A stretch of 64,000 nucleotides of DNA from contig CBDDCX010000008.1 in the NCBI GenBank assembly GCA_965226375.1, positions 1,696,001-1,760,000 on the forward strand. Reading direction: 5' to 3'. Made by a program: the position numbers and the translations under genes. The stretch comes from Longimicrobiales bacterium. Lineage in GTDB: Bacteria; Gemmatimonadota; Gemmatimonadetes; Longimicrobiales; Gaopeijiaceae. The notes below the pieces were generated by a model that saw nothing but the letters and a program-made list of their open reading frames with translations, did no database searches and had not been told where the DNA came from. This document shows, piece by piece, positions 1-8,899 of the stretch (position 1 is its first letter; every line of letters starts with the position of its first letter).

Positions 1-27
1 GAGCCTCCATGGGCGGCCCGCATTTTT

Positions 28-132
28 CGTGGAAAGTACCACGGCCCAGCGCGGGGGTTAAGACCGCGAGTGAGTCAAGAAGTCGGAAGGTGCGGATCGT
101 CCGAAACTCCGACCATGACCAACAAGATGGAG
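28..132 (+). promoter_or_regulatory. Candidate structured 5' leader RNA of csp gene (copy 1)
   Basis: Three hairpins (28-43, 50-68, 74-119) followed by a GGAG RBS. The same order and core sequence occur upstream of the second csp (6017-6120). Confidence 0.6.
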
Positions 133-139
133 CAAGATG

Positions 140-346
140 ATGCGTACCAAAGGCACTGTGAAGTGGTTCAACGACCAAAAGGGCTTCGGCTTTATCACCC
201 CGGAGGATGGCAGCAGAGACCTGTTCGTTCATCATTCGGCGATTCAGGCCGAGGGCTTCAAGTCTCTCGCCGAGGGCGAGAGCGTTGAGTTCGACGTGGT
301 AGAGGGCCAGAAGGGCCCCGCCGCGGAGAACGTTCAGAAGCTCTAA
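140..346 (+). CDS. cspA: Cold-shock protein (CspA family)
   Basis: GTVKWFN, KGFGFI (RNP1), LFVHHSAI (RNP2) and [16 protein letters not shown] at 137/140, GGAG at 129-132. Confidence 0.97.
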   Translation: MRTKGTVKWFNDQKGFGFITPEDGSRDLFVHHSAIQAEGFKSLAEGESVEFDVVEGQKGPAAENVQKL

Positions 347-377
347 AGCCTCTAGGGCCGTATGGCCTATAGCAGGT

Positions 378-417
378 AGCGGGCCACCCCGGGCATCGGG
401 GTGGCCCGCTTTTTTTT
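378..417 (+). terminator. Rho-independent terminator after csp
   Basis: AGCGGGCCACCCCG / CGGGGTGGCCCGCT stem followed by a T run. Confidence 0.9.
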
Positions 418-515
418 CTCCGGCCGGTGTGCCCGGCCGCGGTTGCCGCCCAATCCCTTCTCGGACACGTTGGTCCCGTCCCGAAGAGCCCCTTGGCCGA
501 CCTGAAATCAAACAG

Positions 516-1496
516 ATGGCTCACATTGAGAACCCCATACTCCCGTTCATTCGGTCCCAGGGCCAAATCGTGCTGGACGGGGGACTCGCCACGGCCTTGG
601 AGGCACGTGGACATGACCTGAACAACGATCTCTGGTCCGCCAAGGTCTTGCTCGAGGATCCCCGGGCGATCCGCGAGGTGCACGGCGACTTTCTGACTGC
701 CGGGGCCGACTGTATCACGACGGCCACGTATCAGGCCACCTTCTCCGGATTCGCGGCCAGGGGCCTGAGTGACGAGGCGGCGGGGGGGCTTCTGCTGCAG
801 GCCGTCGACCTGGCCGTTGAGGCCCGTGACACGTTCTGGGCCGATCCCGCGAACCGACACGGTCGCCTGCGTCCGCTCGTGGCGGCCAGTGTCGGACCCT
901 ACGGGGCGTTCCTCGCGGACCGATCCGAGTACGATGGAAAATACGGGCTCGACGCCGGCGAGCTGCGCGCATTCCACGAGAGACGCTGGCGGGTATTGGC
1001 CGACAGCCGAGCGGATCTATTGGCGTGCGAGACCCTGCCCTCTCGCCTGGAGGCGGAGGTACTCCTCAGCCTTCTCCGTGATACGCCAAACCGCTGGGCG
1101 TGGATGAGTTTCAGCTGCCGAGATGGAGCCCATCTGAATGATGGCACTCGACTCGAGCACGCCGCCGAACTGTGCGCCTCCGAGCTGCAGGTCGCCGCAA
1201 TCGGCGTCAACTGTACCGCGCCCGCTCACATTTCGTCGCTGATCGGGGAGATTCGTAAGGCCAGGCCGAAACCGATCATCGTCTATCCGAACTCGGGGGA
1301 GACGTACGACGCCAAGAACAAGGAGTGGGCCCCGTCCACAGCCGTCATCGGCTTTGCGACCCTTGTGGAGGAGTGGGCCGAGCTGGGGGCCACCGGGATA
1401 GGCGGATGCTGCCGCATTCAGCCCCCCGACATCGTGGAGGTAAGGACCAGACTCGTCCCGGGAGCAACGTCGGCGGATCGGGCTCACCATGACTGA
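516..1496 (+). CDS. mmuM: Homocysteine S-methyltransferase
   Basis: LDGGLATALE, LWSA, AASVGPYGA, LACETLP, GVNC, YPNSGE and the Zn-binding IGGCCR. ATG at 516 chosen as start. Confidence 0.92.
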   Translation: MAHIENPILPFIRSQGQIVLDGGLATALEARGHDLNNDLWSAKVLLEDPRAIREVHGDFLTAGADCITTATYQATFSGFAARGLSDEAAGGLLLQAVDLAVEARDTFWADPANRHGRLRPLVAASVGPYGAFLADRSEYDGKYGLDAGELRAFHERRWRVLADSRADLLACETLPSRLEAEVLLSLLRDTPNRWAWMSFSCRDGAHLNDGTRLEHAAELCASELQVAAIGVNCTAPAHISSLIGEIRKARPKPIIVYPNSGETYDAKNKEWAPSTAVIGFATLVEEWAELGATGIGGCCRIQPPDIVEVRTRLVPGATSADRAHHD

Positions 1497-1953
1497 GTGC
1501 CTGCCGGGCATCTTCGTAGATGCAGACGCCTGTCCCGTAAAGGACGAAGTCTACCGGGTCGCCCAGCGGTATGGTATCGCAGTGAAGCTGGTCTCCAATT
1601 CCTGGCTGCGAACTCCCCGAGAGGACTGGCTCGAGTTGGTGATCGTGGACGGAGAGCTCGACGCCGCGGACGCCTGGATTGTCGAACACGTGTCGATGAA
1701 CGACATCGTGGTCACGGCCGACATCCCCCTGGCTGCGGAGTGTCTGAAGAAGGGGGCTCGTGTACTGGGCCCCCGGGGACGACCCTTTACGGAAGAGTCC
1801 ATCGGTGGCGCTCTGGCGACCAGAGAGCTCATGTCCCAACTCCGCGACATGGGCGAGGTGACCGGAGGACCCCCTCCGTTTGAAAAACGAGACCGCTCCC
1901 AGTTCCTCCAGGCCCTGGACCAGATGATTCAGGCGGTGCGTCGCGCAAAGTAG
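1489..1953 (+). CDS. YaiI/YqxD family protein (UPF0178)
   Basis: IFVDADACPVKDE, DAADAWI and DIVVTADIPLA. Confidence 0.92.
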   Translation: MTECLPGIFVDADACPVKDEVYRVAQRYGIAVKLVSNSWLRTPREDWLELVIVDGELDAADAWIVEHVSMNDIVVTADIPLAAECLKKGARVLGPRGRPFTEESIGGALATRELMSQLRDMGEVTGGPPPFEKRDRSQFLQALDQMIQAVRRAK

Positions 1954-2036
1954 GGGGATTACACGTCCGCGAACCGTAGAATACGGGGGCCAGAGGGGTC
2001 CCCGACGGGGAATCCGCGATACTGCGGGCCCCTCGC

Positions 2037-2202
2037 CTAGTGTCCTGTCCCAGAAATACGGTGCCGCACCGAGGGGACCGAAGCGCCGCCCTGGCAAGGC
2101 GAGACGACGAGGGATAGCACCGCTATCTTGAGGAGGAACAACGCCGCCAGGGTGGATGCAGCGGTTCCCGAATGCCGGCGTATTTCTGGGACACGACACT
2201 AG
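2037..2202. mobile_element. MITE-like palindromic element, copy 1 (166 bp, CTAG-bounded)
   Basis: 24-bp terminal inverted repeats CTAGTGTC(C/G)TGTCCCAGAAATACG. A homologous copy lies at 50866-51030. Non-coding. Confidence 0.75.
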
Positions 2203-4490
2203 ATCCGACTCAACCAGGTGAGCTTTACGATTGCCGCACGACTCTCCGGAATCCCGGGGATACCGCCCCCGGAACGCCCGTCCTGAAAGACGATGAACAG
2301 GTCGCTGGCCGGCCGATATTGGTACTCGATCCTCGCGCTCGTGGTGAGACGCTGATCCAGCGTGTTGTACTGGATGCGTAGGGTCGAGGACAAACGGGTG
2401 GAGAAGGCGTATCCAACCCCCAAGGACGCCACATCGGAGACGAACCGTCCCCCCGGGAGTTCCACGTCACTCCGCGTCAGACCGAGATCGAGCCTCGTAC
2501 CTGTGCCCGAGACGACACGAGTCGCGAGGGTCGCGGTCAGGATCCGGCCCTCGTATACGCGCTGACGAACCAGATGGGCGCTCCCGCTGATGCGGCGAGC
2601 CGGGCTCGTCGTCAGCATCAGACCCAGAGTTACGGATTCGTAGTCACCGGCGGATACCGGCACCCGGCCCCCCAACGCAAAGCCCTCATCGAGGCGAGTC
2701 CGCCCAGACTTGAAGTACGGCGTGACGTTCTCGCCGGAGTCCCAGGTGACGGAGAAGGCGGGCCCAGCTACCCAGTCCTGAAACTCACCGGTGGTGCGAG
2801 TCTGGTATTGCCCCACGATCATCAAGTCCGTGCGCCGGAGTCCCGCCACACGAGGTCTGGCGGTGAGCCTCAGCAGCCCATCGTTGCGACGGATGTCGGT
2901 GCGGGTGACGAAGCCCAAATCCGCTCGCACACCAGGTTCGATGTAGAGATGTTGCCCCGTGAAGCCCAATCTGGATTTCTGGTACCCCACGCCCAGACGA
3001 TACGCCGACGTCTCCCTGTTCTGGGAGGGATTATCGGTGCGCACGGCCATGCCCTGAATGTTCAAGCTGCCCGTGGGCCAGAGGGACCAGTCGACGCCGC
3101 CGGCGACGTTGGTAGTATCTGGTCCGGCGACCCGGGTGAGCATTGCGCCGAGGTATCCCGCTTTCCCCACGTCCCGCTTGAGCCGCGCCACCGTCTGGTT
3201 CATACGGGGACCGCCGAAGGCCCGATCGGTCACCGTATGGAGGAACCCCACGGTCTGACGCCCCGCGCGGCCCGACAGCCGCGGGCCACCGAGTAGGGGG
3301 ACCGGACCGTGATCCGACATGCCGATACGTCGAGAAAAGAAGAGCAGAAACGGGGGCGGCTCCGCACTCCCACGCACACCGAATTCGAAGACCCCGCTGT
3401 TCTCCAGGAAGAACTCCCTCTTCTCCGGCAAGAAGAGGTCGAACCGTGTGAGGTTCACCTGCTCGTCGTCCACCTCGGCCTGGGCGAAGTCCGCGTTCAC
3501 GGTGCCGTCGATGACAAGCCCGGGACGCACCTCGTACTTGAGGTCCAAACCCAGATCCATTTGGCCCGTGGTGCCCGTGCCACGCTCCGCGGATGTCGCG
3601 TCGACGCCGGAGCCGGGCCCATGCTTGACGTCGGATCCTCGATGACTCCCTTCCGCGAGCACATAAGGCTTGACGTCTACGCCCACGCCTCGGGGAGCGG
3701 CCACGGTAACACCCCGAAGATCTCCGGCCAGACTCACACGGACGAACCCTTCGCTCTCGGGTCGCCACGAGCGCCACAGGGCCTGCTCGTTCTTCCTCCG
3801 AATGGAGCGATAGACGTTGAATCCCAGCGTTCCGTCCGTCCCACCGGTCGATCGCAGAGTCCGGAGTGGAATGGCGAACTCCGCCGTCCACCCTTCGGCG
3901 TGACGTCGAGCCGACACGGCCCATACGGCGCGCCAGCTGATGTTGATATCGCGACCCTCGTCGCCAATGTGCGCGTCGAACTCCGCCCCGTTGGGATTCG
4001 TGGCGAAGACCACTGCGTTGCGGTGGTCGTGGAAGGGATCGATGAGCAGGGCGATGGCGTCGTCACCGGCGAAGTCGAGGCCACCGTTACCATCCGACTC
4101 CATCACCCGATCTCGCTGTAGGATTCGGCTGATGATCCGATCCGGATCCGTGTCGAAGGCTTCGACTCCGACGTAGAGGGTCGTGCTGTCGAAGACCACG
4201 CGAATGGTCGTGACCTCGGTGGCAGGGTGCCCCTCCTCGGGCTCCTCCTGTCGCAGATCACCGAATGGAAGAGCCGACCGCCACACCGGCTCCCCGAGGC
4301 TTCCGTCCACCCGGATCTCGGCTCCGCGGGGAACCCTGACGGCCAACGCCGCGTCGATGGTCGCATCGTGCGGCACAGGCGCCGTGAAGCGATCGGCCTG
4401 TTGCGCTTCGACTTCGACCGCAAGCTGTAACGGCGCCCACGCGCAGACGGCGATAAGAACCAGGGCCCGGCGGATCACCTTCAGAGTCAC
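2199..4490 (-). CDS. DUF5916 / CBM9-like sugar-binding domain protein, probably outer-membrane or secreted
   Basis: Signal-like N-terminus, IRVDGSLGEPVW, GWTAEFAIPL, TVNADFAQAEVDDEQVNLTRFDLFLPEKREFFLE, FFSRRIG. Start is approximate (GTG 4490 or 4478). Confidence 0.8.
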   Translation of the reverse strand: MTLKVIRRALVLIAVCAWAPLQLAVEVEAQQADRFTAPVPHDATIDAALAVRVPRGAEIRVDGSLGEPVWRSALPFGDLRQEEPEEGHPATEVTTIRVVFDSTTLYVGVEAFDTDPDRIISRILQRDRVMESDGNGGLDFAGDDAIALLIDPFHDHRNAVVFATNPNGAEFDAHIGDEGRDINISWRAVWAVSARRHAEGWTAEFAIPLRTLRSTGGTDGTLGFNVYRSIRRKNEQALWRSWRPESEGFVRVSLAGDLRGVTVAAPRGVGVDVKPYVLAEGSHRGSDVKHGPGSGVDATSAERGTGTTGQMDLGLDLKYEVRPGLVIDGTVNADFAQAEVDDEQVNLTRFDLFLPEKREFFLENSGVFEFGVRGSAEPPPFLLFFSRRIGMSDHGPVPLLGGPRLSGRAGRQTVGFLHTVTDRAFGGPRMNQTVARLKRDVGKAGYLGAMLTRVAGPDTTNVAGGVDWSLWPTGSLNIQGMAVRTDNPSQNRETSAYRLGVGYQKSRLGFTGQHLYIEPGVRADLGFVTRTDIRRNDGLLRLTARPRVAGLRRTDLMIVGQYQTRTTGEFQDWVAGPAFSVTWDSGENVTPYFKSGRTRLDEGFALGGRVPVSAGDYESVTLGLMLTTSPARRISGSAHLVRQRVYEGRILTATLATRVVSGTGTRLDLGLTRSDVELPGGRFVSDVASLGVGYAFSTRLSSTLRIQYNTLDQRLTTSARIEYQYRPASDLFIVFQDGRSGGGIPGIPESRAAIVKLTWLSRI

Positions 4491-4530
4491 CTGAGACCGG
4501 CTCCCGAAGCCAGCCGAACAGAGGCCGTGC

Positions 4531-5319
4531 TCAAGACGGGAACAGCTCGAGGAGGGAGGCTCGCCACTTCTGCTCCAGGGCACCGACATCCGCCTCGTCC
4601 GCTCCGTATGTGGACAACCATACGCTGGCGGAGCCTTCACAGAGCTGCGCCCTGAACAGGCCGTCGTTCCAGCCGTCTACGGTGCCCGAGAACTGCCACG
4701 GTGGCTGCCCAAAAGCCACGACCCCCTCGAGCATCTCGCCCGTTGCCGTTTGGATCCCGTACCTACCCCCACGGGTCAGACCCGCAAGGCCGCTGGATCC
4801 GAACCAACCACCCGCCTCGGTCATCCTTGTCCACGCCTCCTCGTCATCACAGCCGTATGCCGCATGCGCCGAAGCTACAATCCGACGCTGGCCCGGGTGG
4901 CGCTCCAGATAGTGGCGAAGGCCGTTGAGCTCGAAGTCCCAACCGCGACCCCAGGCCTCGTACATGTAGTCCCACTCCGCGTCCTTCCCGAAACCGGAAC
5001 TCACCACGCGGAGGACCGTGCCGCCGCCTTGGCCCTGGAGATAAAAGTCGGTGGCGATCTGGAGGGCCGCGCCTTTGCTAGGCCCCGTTCGGAGGTGCTC
5101 CTCGGGTTCCCAGACTTCGATGGGTGCGGTCTCGTCTCCGGCGTCCGACCAGCTCATCCAAACCGAGCCGCCGGCCCCTGGCACCACCCCCGCGTTCAGT
5201 GGGAACCACCTCGTGAGCGCCTTCCATACCCACGCCAACGGTGCCTCGATCTCGATCTCCCGCTCGACCGCGCGGATTTCCTGATCTTGCGAGCCTCCGA
5301 ATTGTTCCTCCGTACTCAT
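4531..5319 (-). CDS. SRPBCC (Aha1-like) domain protein
   Basis: VEREIEIEAP..VWKALT..WFP and GTVLRVVSSGF..GW..L..LRHYLE. ATGA overlap with the upstream regulator. Confidence 0.8.
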   Translation of the reverse strand: MSTEEQFGGSQDQEIRAVEREIEIEAPLAWVWKALTRWFPLNAGVVPGAGGSVWMSWSDAGDETAPIEVWEPEEHLRTGPSKGAALQIATDFYLQGQGGGTVLRVVSSGFGKDAEWDYMYEAWGRGWDFELNGLRHYLERHPGQRRIVASAHAAYGCDDEEAWTRMTEAGGWFGSSGLAGLTRGGRYGIQTATGEMLEGVVAFGQPPWQFSGTVDGWNDGLFRAQLCEGSASVWLSTYGADEADVGALEQKWRASLLELFPS

Positions 5320-5933
5320 GAGTCCTCCTCCTGGAGATCGCTCCCTGCACCGTCTTCCGAGGGAGCCGGGTACGAACCGGCGATGACCCGGAACCGCCGA
5401 CCGTGGGGTTCATCTTCGTCGTGGTACTTGGAAACCAATCGTGCGACCGCCTGCGAGAGCTCGGTCGCGAACGCGTGCTGCTGCTCGGGTGAGGCGAAGC
5501 GGACGTCCGCTTGGAGCGTCAGTGTGGGCAGACGCTTTCCGCCCCCGCGGGCACGCTCGCGCTGCTCGGCAACCTCCCGGATAACCTGTGCCGCCACAGC
5601 CACCAGGTACGCGCTCGACGCCCGGTCTCGGATTGATGCGGGATCCACCGCCAGGTCGCCGAGAGTGGCAGGGCTGATCAGATAGGATCGGGCCACCGCT
5701 CGGACCAATCGCTCGGTACAGTTCCTCACCTTGCGCTCTCCAACCCGCTCGAGTAGCCCCTGTGCTTCCAACTGGCGGACGTGGTAGTTCAGCTTCTGAC
5801 GGGGTATCCCGAGTCGTCGAGCCAGGCCGGCCGCCGAGTCGGGCTCCCCCAACTCCGCCAGAATCTTGAGTCGCAATGGATGAAGAACCGATGCGGCACG
5901 ATCTCCATCCTCAATCACATGCACTGGGACCAC
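5316..5933 (-). CDS. ArsR-like helix-turn-helix transcriptional regulator
   Basis: HPLRLKILAEL..PDSAAGLARRLGIPRQKLNYHVRQLE..GLLE. Confidence 0.85.
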   Translation of the reverse strand: MVPVHVIEDGDRAASVLHPLRLKILAELGEPDSAAGLARRLGIPRQKLNYHVRQLEAQGLLERVGERKVRNCTERLVRAVARSYLISPATLGDLAVDPASIRDRASSAYLVAVAAQVIREVAEQRERARGGGKRLPTLTLQADVRFASPEQQHAFATELSQAVARLVSKYHDEDEPHGRRFRVIAGSYPAPSEDGAGSDLQEEDS

Positions 5934-6016
5934 CGGGGGGGCAACGCAAAAGACTTGACCGGGAGCACGCGGGCAGGCACCGTTGGTTCACCCTCGACCC
6001 GACGTCGAGGATTTTT

Positions 6017-6120
6017 CCGTGTCGCTACCGGCACGGCGCCCAGCGCGGGGGAGTTTCCGCGCGAGTCATGTAGTCGGGAGGTGCGGTTCATCCGGACTCC
6101 GACAGTGACCACCAAAGGAG
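6017..6120 (+). promoter_or_regulatory. Candidate structured 5' leader RNA of csp gene (copy 2)
   Basis: Hairpins 6017-6036, 6043-6062 and 6065-6109, then AGGAG. Homologous to 28-132. Confidence 0.6.
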
Positions 6121-6127
6121 CAGGATG

Positions 6128-6337
6128 ATGCGTACCAGAGGGACAGTGAAGTGGTTCAACGATCAGAAGGGATTCGGATTTATCACGCCGGAGGACAACA
6201 GCAAGGATTGCTTTGTCCACCACTCCGCCATTCAGGCTGAGGGCTTCAAGACCCTTAACGAGGGCGACGTCGTCGAGTTCGAGATCGTTGAGGGGCAGAA
6301 GGGACCAGCCGCAGAGAACGTGGTGCGAGTCACCTGA
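6128..6337 (+). CDS. cspA: Cold-shock protein (CspA family), paralog 2
   Basis: [15 protein letters not shown] and [14 protein letters not shown] at 6125/6128, AGGAG RBS. Confidence 0.97.
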   Translation: MRTRGTVKWFNDQKGFGFITPEDNSKDCFVHHSAIQAEGFKTLNEGDVVEFEIVEGQKGPAAENVVRVT

Positions 6338-6363
6338 CCTGTTCCTGAGCTGATAGAGGCTTC

Positions 6364-6404
6364 AGGGGCCGCTCCCGTCACATCGGGGCGGCCCCTTCTT
6401 TCTT
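6364..6404 (+). terminator. Rho-independent terminator after csp paralog 2
   Basis: AGGGGCCGCTCC / GGGGCGGCCCCT stem followed by TCTTTCTT. Confidence 0.75.
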
Positions 6405-6425
6405 GCCCGAGAACCGGATACGCCG

Positions 6426-7058
6426 ATGAGCGCCGATATTGTGCGCCACCCCACCCCTATCCTGATCCCCGGGATCTTCACCGGGGCCTACCTCTCGATA
6501 TCAGCGACCTCGGCCCTTCTCGGCGGCAACACAGAGTTCCTGCTCTACGTGGGCGTGATGCTGATCTTGATCGCAGCGGTGTGGGGGGTGCACCGCCGTG
6601 TAAACCTGGCCCTGGGGACGCTCTGGTGCCTGAGTTCGTGGGGGCTCCTACACATGCTCGGGGGGCTGGTCACCGTTCCCCAAGGTTGGCCCACGAATGG
6701 TGACTCGGGAGTTCTCTATACCCTGTGGCTGATCCCCGGTCGACTGAAATACGATCATGTAGTGCACGCCTTCGGCTTCGGCACCACGACGTGGGTGTGC
6801 TGGCAGGGCTTGAAGGCCATGGTACGGGCAGGTCGTGACCACGTGGAACCCAGCCTCGGTCTCATGATCCTGGCCATCGCCGCAGGCCTCGGATTCGGCT
6901 CCCTGAACGAAGTCGTGGAGTTCTTCGTGACACTCATGGTTCCCGAATCAAACGTGGGAGGATACGTCAACACGGGTTGGGACCTGGTGGCGAACCTGGT
7001 GGGAGCCACCGTCGCCGCCGTTCTGCTCTTCCGTTGCGATCGGCCAAGAACGACCTGA
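6426..7058 (+). CDS. Integral membrane protein (DUF2238-like)
   Basis: Several hydrophobic helices. LHMLGG, YDHVVHAFGFG, LNEVVEF and NTGWDLVANLVG. Confidence 0.7.
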   Translation: MSADIVRHPTPILIPGIFTGAYLSISATSALLGGNTEFLLYVGVMLILIAAVWGVHRRVNLALGTLWCLSSWGLLHMLGGLVTVPQGWPTNGDSGVLYTLWLIPGRLKYDHVVHAFGFGTTTWVCWQGLKAMVRAGRDHVEPSLGLMILAIAAGLGFGSLNEVVEFFVTLMVPESNVGGYVNTGWDLVANLVGATVAAVLLFRCDRPRTT

Positions 7059-7155
7059 TCGGGCACCTACGTCGAGACGTCGAGGGACCTGGTGCGCCGA
7101 CGCGGGACCCGCACCAACCCCTGGGAGGTTAGGCAGGTCCCGCTCGGGCCTGAAA

Positions 7156-7962
7156 TCAGAAGTGATAGAACAGGGCCAATTTGACCTGGGCCTTCAGCTC
7201 CTGCTCACCGAGCGGGAAACTTCCCCCGACTCCCACGAAGAGAGATCTCTCAGCGAAGAGAGCCAGTTTTATCCCCGGTGAGAGACTGATGATGCCCTCC
7301 CCCGCCTCTTCGCCACTAAGACCACCGTGCCCGTTCAATTCGACAAGCCCCTGAACGCGGGGCGAAAAATGATAGAGCATCGAGAAATCGTAGGCGATCT
7401 CAGTCTCGATCTCCTCGTCATCCCTCTGGTTCGTCGGTATGCCGAAACGAGACCACGCGACGAGCTCCACGTTGCCTGTCTTGACTCCGATATTCAGGAA
7501 GGGCTCGAGTTCCCAGATGTGACCGTCTCCGATGCCCTTCGACGAGTCCCCGGTCGGGATGCCGACTTCGAGGCCGTAGCCGAGCAGAACCCCGCTGTTT
7601 TCGAACGCGAAGTTGGCGAACTTGAGCGCTACTTCTGCGCTCCCCAGGTTCGACTCGGAGGATCCTTCATCCGGGCTCGAGAAGCCGTATGGGACACCGA
7701 CCTCGACGCTGAACGAACGATGAAAGGGATACTCAACCTCGACCTCCAGCTCCGAGCCGGTTCCCTCGTCTTCCCACTCTCGACCGAAATCGAGCCTCAC
7801 TTTCCGGTCCGGGCTCACCGACTCCGTAAAGATCGGATGGGTAAAGTGAAGATCATGTTCATGGTCGATGTCGTTGTTTTGGCCTCGAAGCTGACCGGGA
7901 AGACCCACTAACAGCGCAACAAGGGGCCACGGCCCACAGTTCTTCACACAGTTACAGCGCAT
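7156..7962 (-). CDS. Putative outer-membrane beta-barrel transporter-family protein with His-rich N-terminus
   Basis: Signal-like N-terminus, DHEHDLHFTHP, alternating beta-strand pattern, GIPTGD motif, C-terminal ..LFYHF, and a GAGGAG RBS. Confidence 0.6.
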   Translation of the reverse strand: MRCNCVKNCGPWPLVALLVGLPGQLRGQNNDIDHEHDLHFTHPIFTESVSPDRKVRLDFGREWEDEGTGSELEVEVEYPFHRSFSVEVGVPYGFSSPDEGSSESNLGSAEVALKFANFAFENSGVLLGYGLEVGIPTGDSSKGIGDGHIWELEPFLNIGVKTGNVELVAWSRFGIPTNQRDDEEIETEIAYDFSMLYHFSPRVQGLVELNGHGGLSGEEAGEGIISLSPGIKLALFAERSLFVGVGGSFPLGEQELKAQVKLALFYHF

Positions 7963-8060
7963 ACCACTCTCCTCGAAATAGCGTCGGGTTCAACACGGAG
8001 CACCCCCACGCGCGTCAGCGCGAGCGGTCGGGCGAGCCGAGTCGTCTCTTGGGGACTTAC

Positions 8061-8462
8061 TTACGAGGAGTGGTGCGGTGGAGGCTGGGGAAACGGTGCG
8101 AGATAGTCGTTGGCAGACGCAAAGAATGCGCCGTGGTCACGGAGGCCGAGAATCCGCACGGTATGGGACCGCGGCGCGGATGCGATTCGACCGCTAGAAA
8201 GCAGGGCATCGGATCCGGGATTGCACCCATCTACGCACGAGCAAGAAGCGCTCTCGCTATCGTCAGGCGAGTCTTCCTGGAGTCCGTGCCCGGAGTGTAG
8301 AGCCTCCGCAGGAGCTGAAGGTATCGCTCCGTGTGCGCCGACCTCGACGTGGGAGTGCTGGGGACACGGTTGGATTCCCTGGGCGATCGAGGAAAACAGG
8401 AAGACGGCACACGGCAACGCACGCCAGAGGCTCTTCCTAAGTCCGTCGATGGCTCCGCCCAT
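8061..8462 (-). CDS. Small Cys/His-rich protein with Pro-rich C-terminus (DUF2946/CruR-like leader)
   Basis: N-terminal hydrophobic segment, PCPQHSH, HSGHG, CSCVDGC, and the ending YLAPFPQPPPHHSS. Lies directly upstream of the outer-membrane protein gene. Start uncertain. Confidence 0.55.
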   Translation of the reverse strand: MGGAIDGLRKSLWRALPCAVFLFSSIAQGIQPCPQHSHVEVGAHGAIPSAPAEALHSGHGLQEDSPDDSESASCSCVDGCNPGSDALLSSGRIASAPRSHTVRILGLRDHGAFFASANDYLAPFPQPPPHHSS

Positions 8463-8899
8463 AACCCAATCCCGATCTCTACGATCTCCACTTACCGACG
8501 TTGCTGGGGCCGAAGGCCCCGGTATCTTAGGAGGGTCGCGACGTTATCAACTCAACCCGACCTCTCCCTTCATGGTGATAGCTTGAAGCTAGAAGGGCAT
8601 TGGGGCCTTGTCTACCGGGAAACGGCTACATCGGAAGGACCTCTTTTGAGCCCATGGACGCTTTGATCTTCCGAGCGGCCACGGCCGCGGATCTGCCTCG
8701 TCTCGTCGAGATGCTGGCCGACGATGCGCTGGGTGCGATGAGGGAGCGCTCCGAAGATCCCCTCCCCGACGCCTACTGTGACGCGTTCGCCGCGATCGAG
8801 GCCGATCCCGCGAACGAACTCGTGGTCGCTTTGAGCGACGGGAGGCTTGTCGGCTTTCTCCAACTGACCATCATTCCCAACCTCACGTATATAGGGAGA

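Noticed and set aside
418..515. SAM/SAH riboswitch upstream of mmuM
   Set aside because: I could not recognise the conserved cores of the SAM-I, SAM-II, SAM-SAH or SAH classes. An Infernal/Rfam scan would settle it.
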